Source: Alloascoidea hylecoeti
Lineage: Eukaryota
Reading direction: 5' to 3'
DNA: 42,008 nt
Assembly: GCA_001600815.1 (NCBI GenBank)
Contig: BCKZ01000016.1
Span: 62,001-104,008, forward strand
This document shows, one piece after another, positions 34,153 to 42,008 of this stretch. Position numbers and translations under genes: made by a program. Numbering within the stretch: the first letter of the stretch is position 1; each line of letters starts with the position of its first letter. The notes beneath the pieces were generated by a model. It was not told the DNA's origin and did not search any database. It worked only from the letters and a program-made list of their open reading frames with translations.

Positions 34153-35873
34153 TTAAAAATCCTCAAGTTTAACTTCAACCGTTGGAACAGTAATATCACC
34201 AGTATTTATAAACATTTCCATTAAGTCAATGATTTCACTACTATTACCTGTATGACTTATACTTTCTCTTCTTTTTATATTATTCATTAATGGGTTTGAT
34301 GATGTTGGTTCTGAAGATGCCCTTGATAACTTAACACTAGAAACACTATTGTCAATATTGATTGTACTATTGCTTAAGTTTGTAGAATCCATCATTGAAT
34401 CTGTGCTAGATGTGGAAATAGAACGATGTAGATCTAAAAAATCATCTAATTCTTCATTTTTAACCTGTAGTTGGTTACTACTTCCATGATTATTATTTTT
34501 GATCTTTTTAACTGAATTGTTCTCAACATCAAAAGTACAATCTTCTCTTGATCTTTTATTACCATTCTCAACTTGTGGTTTTAAATTATCAACATCACTA
34601 TTAGCTGTAGTTGTAGATTTCTTCAAATCCCCATCATCTAATGAAAAGAAGGGATCAAAATCTAAATCAAGGGATTGTGGAGAGATTAATGAACTCATTG
34701 GAATATTTTTTGGATCAATAGAATAAGATGAAAAGATTGATAAATCATTACCATTAATATTTGAATCATTTGAATTATTTGATTTATGATCAAGAAGAAA
34801 ATCATTCGATATATCATCATAATCTGTGAAAATTGATTGTGGTGATGATTCTGAAATTAAATCTGATGATGCATATGAGGATGTAGAAGAAACTGATGTT
34901 GAAGTTGATGTTCTATTCATTAAAACTCCATGATTTTCAAATTTAGAATTATAATCATCATCAAGATAATTAGTAACATGTTTTGATAAAGTATTGTTAC
35001 TAGTATTATCATTATTACTGTTTGCTTTGATTAAACTTGAGATTGTAGTTCTTGTATTTTCTTTGTTAATTGATTTCAAAATATTAATTTCTTGACTTAA
35101 TCGATTAATCACTTCACGTAATTTTGTATTTTCAACATTTGCAAGATTTAAAGATTTTAATAATTCTTCTTCTTTTTTAATATTTTGATTTTCAATTTGG
35201 AGTAATCTTGCTTGTAATAATTCAATCTTTGATTCTTCTTTGTTATTATTATTATTATTATTAGAAGAAAGAGTATTCAACTGTCGTTGAGGACTAACGC
35301 TTGTTCTATTTTTATAAGATTGACCTTGTAAATGAGAACTTGAATTTTGTGAATGAATGTGACCATGATGAGAATGAGAATTAGAATTAGAACTAGACGA
35401 ATCTAAACTTTTTGCTTTTCTTTTTGAATCAGAAGCTGGTTTCCTGCCTGGCTTCGGTCGTGGAGGTAATACCCAATTTTTCGAAGTCATAATACATGGT
35501 ATCTTCCGTACACTGCTATTATCCTTAGATGTCGATAATACACGTTTCTGTAGAATTTCACCCGCACTCTTGGTAGTAGTAGCAGTAGTAGCAGGCGTCG
35601 TTTCAAAAGCCTTACTTCTTCTTGAAATTCGTCGTGAAAGAGAAACATTTTGTTTCCTCGAAGTTGTTGAGGATGATGTTTCTATCGTCGGCGCCGGTGC
35701 AATGGCATGTAAATGATTCGTAACGGATGGAGCAATAGCGATAACTACAAATAATACAAAAGAAAACAAAGAAAAAAAAAAAAAGTTGAAACAGAAAATT
35801 GAGTTACTGAATTTCTTAAAACATAATTATATCAATAAATATTGAATAGTAATAACTTACTAGAAGCAGGCAT
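34153..35873 (-). CDS. HAP4: Hap4/HapX-family regulator of the CCAAT-binding complex (Hap4-like, no intact bZIP basic region), two exons (35873-35861, 35744-34153), ~534 aa
   Basis: Hap4L motif TSKNWVLPPRPKPGRKP, upstream AIAPAP, a coiled coil and an acidic/Ser-rich C-terminus. The ORF-track start is a TTG inside the polypyrimidine tract. Intron 35860-35745 (GTAAGT...TAG) joins ATG CCT GCT TCT A in frame. Confidence 0.8.
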
Positions 35874-36984
35874 TCCGAGAATTTTTCTTTGTTTTGAAGT
35901 TTTGATTTGATTTCGAGAATAAATAACTTAAGATCTTATAGTTTACACAACAGATGAAAAATATGGAGACAATGAGAAATAGCAAGCACAGCTAATCGCC
36001 AACTTGATAATCAATGTCAATAATAAAAAATCCAAATGAGGATAAGAGAGTTAAGAAAGGAGAAAGAAATATGAAAAAAAGAAAGAAAAAAAAAAAAGGT
36101 TTATGAGATCTGGGAAGTCATAAATATATAAGTATAAAAAAAGACACCGTATGGATATTAAATTAAAGTTGTAGAATATGCAGCTACCGGAACCCGTGAA
36201 AATTTTCTACAAGTAAAAGTTAAACGGATATGCATTTTAAACTGCAGAAATGCACGAGGAACATGACGGAACTGCCTATTTCGCTAAAACGCTTCCGCGG
36301 TACTTAAGTATTCCCCTGCCGTACAACCCATATTGATAAATAAATCACTATCTTACAACAATTAAAACTTGTTTACAATTATGTACCATTTCTGATCGAG
36401 ATATCCCCCATCTTAGACAAACGCTAATACCAATGGTAGTTACTGGATGCACTCGGTCCCGGCTGTTACCATTGATTATGCGCATATGCGTGTTCATAGA
36501 TGTCCCATGGCCACAAATTCTACCAGTAATAGAAATGTAGATCACTAGCCATCTAAATAAAAAATTATGTATACGATAAAAAAAACTTGGGAATCATTCC
36601 CCTTAGCCGTAATACCTAGCTAGCATCTAAAGTCACTTTTTTAATATATTCTTAATTTACGTAACTTCTCGGTGCCTTTTAGGACCAATGGGAAGTAAGG
36701 TTGTAATCAACTGCACATCAACAACGATAATAGTCTAAATAAATTAAAGAAAAAAATTACCAATTTAAAAGGATTCAATAATTCCCAAAACAGAATCTTA
36801 AATACCTTTTACAATTAAGTTAACAAATTCAATCTTTTTTTTTTGTCTTCAAATTTACATATAAAACTTGAGAATTCAAATATATATTTTAATCCAACTT
36901 AACTTTCATACGACATATTACGAATTCGATTTTAACCGTTCCTTTCGGTTTCTGTACAGGGTTTCAACTAGATCTGTAGCTTTG

Positions 36985-36999
36985 GTGGGGGTCCTGGGG
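36985..36999 (+). promoter_or_regulatory. Tandem Mig1/CreA-type SYGGGG sites ~1.1 kb upstream of the HAP4-like gene
   Basis: GTGGGG (36985-36990) and CTGGGG (36994-36999); a third, CCCCGC, at 39935-39940. HAP4 is glucose-repressed in S. cerevisiae. Confidence 0.4.
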
Positions 37000-39900
37000 A
37001 AAAATATAGTTAACGTTGATACATCCGCTCGGCCTAAACAATGTGGCGTGTTTATATTAAAAATAAAAACATACACCAGTAGTGAACACAGCAACAATGG
37101 GCTCGTTGTATTATCAAAAATTAATATAAAAGTTAGTCAATTATCTCATATTAATAAAACAACGTGGAACATAATTGTTGGTCATTCATATAAAAGTTGT
37201 CCTTGAATTTGGAAGTTTTCCATTTTGTTGGTTTTTCTTCTCTTATTTCGGATTCCTTTTCTTTTTTACAAATTTTTATGTGTAAAATGTGAAATTATAC
37301 GCATACATCATCTGAAATATAGTAAATTCAAACTTGACGAAGATTGAAGAATATTATACTTGAGAAATTCATATTCTATAGCGCTATTCAATTGTAATAT
37401 TCAATAATCAACAAGGACAAAGAATTATTGCAAAATTCTAGTTCTGATCTAATTTCTGAATCTAGTTTTTAAAATATTCTTTTAATTAACTTCACTATTA
37501 TCATGACCATTTAAATTAAATATATTAAATATTCACATATATACAATTATAATTTTTACCGTATCGATCCCGCCATACATATTTCTTTAAAATTTAACTG
37601 TATCAATCAATACAACATTATAATATATAATGTATAATTAAATACCTGCAGCTGTTTATGCTTATATTATACTACGTATATGTAGTATAAGTCTTGGACG
37701 GATGAGCACCGGTCAGACCGGCTTCTTTTTAGTACAGTTACAGATGTAAAAAACCTGGAGAAGTATTTTTTGCATGTATACAAATTTCCTCGAGGAAATA
37801 ATATAATAATAATTGATAATTATGGGAACTAAAATTAAATTGGTAGCGATCTATAACCTATATATGGTAAGGTTCAATTAGGTTTTTAAATTTGTATATA
37901 TACTTGATCAGTAATGAAATGGAGAGACCTATACATCTATCTTTATCATTCATCTTTTGTTTTTCTCGGTTATTTAATAATTATGAATGAATATTAAGAG
38001 ATATACAAATTATTGATCAATTGAAAAATAAGCATCCATGAAATGATCATGATCTCGATAGATTTCATTTATATAAAAGATAATATAATATTCAATCTAT
38101 AGATTCAAACTATATATAGATTCAAACTACTCTATATCTTCTTCGCGCTAATGAATTTAACCTAAACTGGCAATGGAATGCAATTGCGACAATTGCAAAA
38201 TCGATCAAAAAATCAATAAAAGAAGAATTGCTTTTATAACTCATACCTGTACATGTCATTTTCCTGTAAGGCTTATATAATACTAGTAGCAAGGCAGTTA
38301 TCTTCTATTTTATAGATATTCGGGCGGATTTTAATACACAATATATATAGAAATGATCAATAAGTTAAGTCCGAGAGGTTGGGATTCCAAATTTCCAATG
38401 TATGGTATAACATATTATAATTGGTTAAATATTAGAATTAAATCTAGAATAAATATATCTTCTAATCCTGTAATATTATCTCCTTAATTAATAAATACAT
38501 ATTATATGAAGTCAAAATTTAGTTGTTAGTTAATAGTTACTCTAATTAAATATATGTAAAAGGTATATATTCCTGCATTATGAATATTACTTTAGCGCTA
38601 TCATTGATGTTTGTGTCATGTTATTATTAGGTTTTCGGAAGAATTGAACATCCGCAATGATTCCGCATAATTTTTTTTGTTCAAGACTAAATTGTAAGTT
38701 TATAGATTTTTCCTTTATAACTGTTTTGTTGTTGTCTGTGACAATCTTAATCTATGGCCTTCAGGTTCCAGATAATTCATGGTTTGTATTATTAATAACA
38801 GTTTATTAGTGGTCACTTTTTACACCTAGCTAGGACTAGCTATATTGCTAGCTATTATAACCGCGGATATATAAAGTTTTATATATATTAGATCGATGTA
38901 AAGAAAAATATAATGTGGCTAAATTTACTTCTCCAGATGGTCGTAACGAGCAACAAGCTTTATATATATAATTATAATTAATATCATTAAAATAAATAAC
39001 CAATATAAAAGTATCAATTCAGTTGTCATCTTAATTATAAATTATAATGATTAAATTTTCTTCCCTGAATAAATCCTCACTTAACCAAAATTTACATGTA
39101 GTTAACATCACAAAATGTATAACAATTACTATATACGAATGTCATTTAGCTGTATAAAGCTATATAGAAGCTTAAGGCTAACTATAGAAGCTTAAGAAGT
39201 ACGTTTAAATAATTGTACATGTGTCTCGGTTTGGATTTTTATGCCGATGCGATTCAATTTCAACGCACAAATTTTAAATTTTGTTTAATGATATATTATT
39301 ATTATAATACTGCTGTATGTAATGAATTGCAACTTGGCAAGTTTAAAGTTTAAAGAGAAAAAAATTAATACATTTTATATTGTTGTTTATATTCATATAA
39401 TTATAAACAATCATTGATGAGTTTAAAGGGGCCGGCGATGATGATCTTATACACAAAACAAAACACTTGGCTGTAGGTAAGTTTAAAGAACATAATGATA
39501 CATGAGAAGATACCTATATCATGTTTCATCCATGATCACTAATCAGGAAACCTTAAGCTTAGATTTATATAATTACCAAATATAGTACTAGCTGAAGGTG
39601 CGTACATGTAAGGGATCCAACTACGCCCTCGTATTTGTTCAATATGTTGTATTATATATAACTAGCTAAAAATATAAATAGATCAATGTTTTATTAATAT
39701 TACAACTTAGTATTTAGCTTGTTAACAATTGCAATGTTAAGGCTAGCGCTTATATGATCATGATTGATTTATTATGTGCCTGTGTGATTATGTAAGTTCT
39801 TCTGTAAACGGGTTTAGGACATACTCATAGACTCTAAACGGTCACAATTCCAATTTGGGTCTGTGTGTGTGTGTGATGCCTATTGGCTGGGAAAACTAGG

Positions 39901-42008
39901 GTTGTTATCAAAACCCAAAATTCAATCAGCGGGTCCCCGCCAAAGGTCATATGATTAAGATGTTCAAATTCTGTAGATTATTCTTGAAAATATAAAGTTT
40001 TATAGATCTGGATTAGAAAATTCAAAACTCCAATTGCAACTCTTGATCAAGAAGTGTTCATGAAAGTTATAAGCCTATACACGGGGCCCTTACATATAGC
40101 TATTGAGTTATGTCGACATTTAGCTGTAGCTTTAGATGTGAATATACCAAAAATATGCTTTCTCAATGTCAGTCTTATAATTAGTATTATCTATAGTATT
40201 GCTGATAGCTAAAAGTAAAGATAGAAAACGAACCACAGCCGCTACAGCTGCTGGCTGATTTAGCCGCTAGATAGTCATGGCTTCCATATCGGGACAGTTT
40301 CTAAAGGCTTAGAACTTGGTGGGTGTTTCAGAGAGAAATCGATATCATCAAAAGTTTAAATCCTTCGTATAAAAGACTTGACCGAGATCTAAACTTGCTG
40401 GAGTATTAATGAACATCCTCAGTATATTCTATAATATAATTAGCTATAGCAATATTTCTAATATTGATCTACTCAAAAGCTATTAGTTTCCGTTAAAACC
40501 CGAAATATTATAACATTTATTTTTCTATTATGTATCTTAATTATCTTTTTAAATGAATATTAAATTGAGATTTAAATTTAAAGCTTAAGGACTTATGAAA
40601 ATATATAAATTTAACATAGAAACAGTTGATTTAAAGACTTTCTCCGCGGAAGTTTTAGGAATTCATAATTAGTAATGTTGATATAAAGCTATTTATTATA
40701 ATTACATGTTTGCTGCTTTTAAGAATTTTGTGGAGAAATGGCATACGCAATGTATTACGCATCGATCTCAGTAATATTTAAAGATTTTTCCTAACAGGAA
40801 TAATTATTATTATGAGATCAGCTCGATAAGCAATATTATTACAATTGCAACTAACCAAAATTGGTGACAATAAATATTTAAAAGGAATTCGAATAATATT
40901 TCAATTTTGGATTAACCATTGATGTCATATTTTACGAGGCTAAGAACGTTTTATATTACATGTAAAATAAGTAATATTCAAATAATGAATGTTAATTGAT
41001 GTATGGAGATTGGACTTACAAAGAGGGCTAAAGTTACATCGTCTAAAAATCAATTAACAAGAAAAGCAAATGACATGGGAGGACTTTTGTATGATAAGCA
41101 ATGGGCATTGGTGGCCGTTGTTATCTCATATAATATTCGATATCATTAATACAGTAGCTCTGATAGATTTTAAGTACTAAATGGCCGCGGAAATATCAGA
41201 CGAAATTGTTCTCCGTGACTAAGGAGATTATCATGATATTTCACTCTCTACCTCGCTAAATATTAGCTGAAAAAAGTTGTTAGCGAATTCTAAAAATATA
41301 CTTCGTTGCCCATCTTCCAGTATATCATTATTTTTTGATCTAATTTTTAAAAAGCTTTTTAACTTTTTAACTAAATTTATTAATATGCGTATACAGTTAT
41401 ATGTATTTACATCTGAACTTCTTATACATGTAAGGTTAAAAGTATTAACAAGTTCACATCTTCGTAGATGTTTTTGAAAACATAGGGTATAATGAACTCT
41501 AAACGTAAACTATGGCAATGTCCCATAGTGCTCTCTTAAACTTGAAAATATAAAACTACCAGTAGGGATTAAGGTGGAAGCAATCATTCCCTTATTTTCC
41601 ATTTTTACCATACCATAGGTATAATTTATAATTAAGCTGCTTAAGCTTCTAAGTATTCAATTTGCACTTGTCCAATTCTTGCAAGTATTTTTTATTTCAT
41701 CTTTAGTGATAAGGGTAATCTAAAAAGCTTTGCAATTTGGAAAATTATTCAGCATGAGAGTACAAGTAATACTAGTTAATTCTAAAGAAGAAAATTTGGG
41801 TTGGGCTTAATGTATGGGTTATGACAATATATACTAAGGCTGTACATCAACCAGTATTCATAAATAACCCATTATATAAATAGTTCTATATATCCTTAAT
41901 ATTGTATAGCCATTATTACATTGTTGATGTTTTTGGCAAGGTTTACTTTCAAACTTTATGAATCACCAAGATTTTATATGAGTAAAGGTAGAGATGATCT
42001 TGCAGTAG

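Noticed and set aside
36348..41477. ORFs 36348-36545, 36868-37206 and 41277-41477
   Set aside because: Short, non-ATG starts (GTG/TTG) and no coding signature.

Overview
AT-rich budding-yeast (Saccharomycotina) nuclear DNA, probably an intron-rich early-diverging lineage; CTG reads as Leu at one conserved myosin position. Twelve protein-coding genes are supported: GSH2, SRB8/MED12, ZRG17, a type I myosin (MYO3/5), a ~1790-aa hydrophilic repeat protein of unknown function, SPC24, MRPL31, a 356-aa orphan (possibly mitochondrial), a TM + RING-H2 E3 ligase, a probable dynactin p24 (LDB18/RO10), SDH3 and a Hap4/HapX-family regulator. I located nine spliceosomal introns by hand in six genes, which corrects several ORF-track starts; several have non-consensus branch points (TACTAAA twice, and probably CAGTAAC in the HAP4-like gene, whose start lies in a 13-nt first exon). 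Non-coding DNA holds a decayed Ty1/copia element (~29-32 kb), a possible LINE zf-RVT remnant at the left edge, and a gene-free stretch of at least 6.1 kb upstream of the HAP4-like gene with recurrent CCGCGGA, CTTAAGCTT, CAATTGCA and TACATGTA words. I found no tRNA, rRNA or CRISPR features and cannot demonstrate a new multi-gene system. The best leads are the repeat protein, the HAP4-like intron and upstream region, and the palindromic-word enrichment. Family assignments come from remembered motifs, not database searches.
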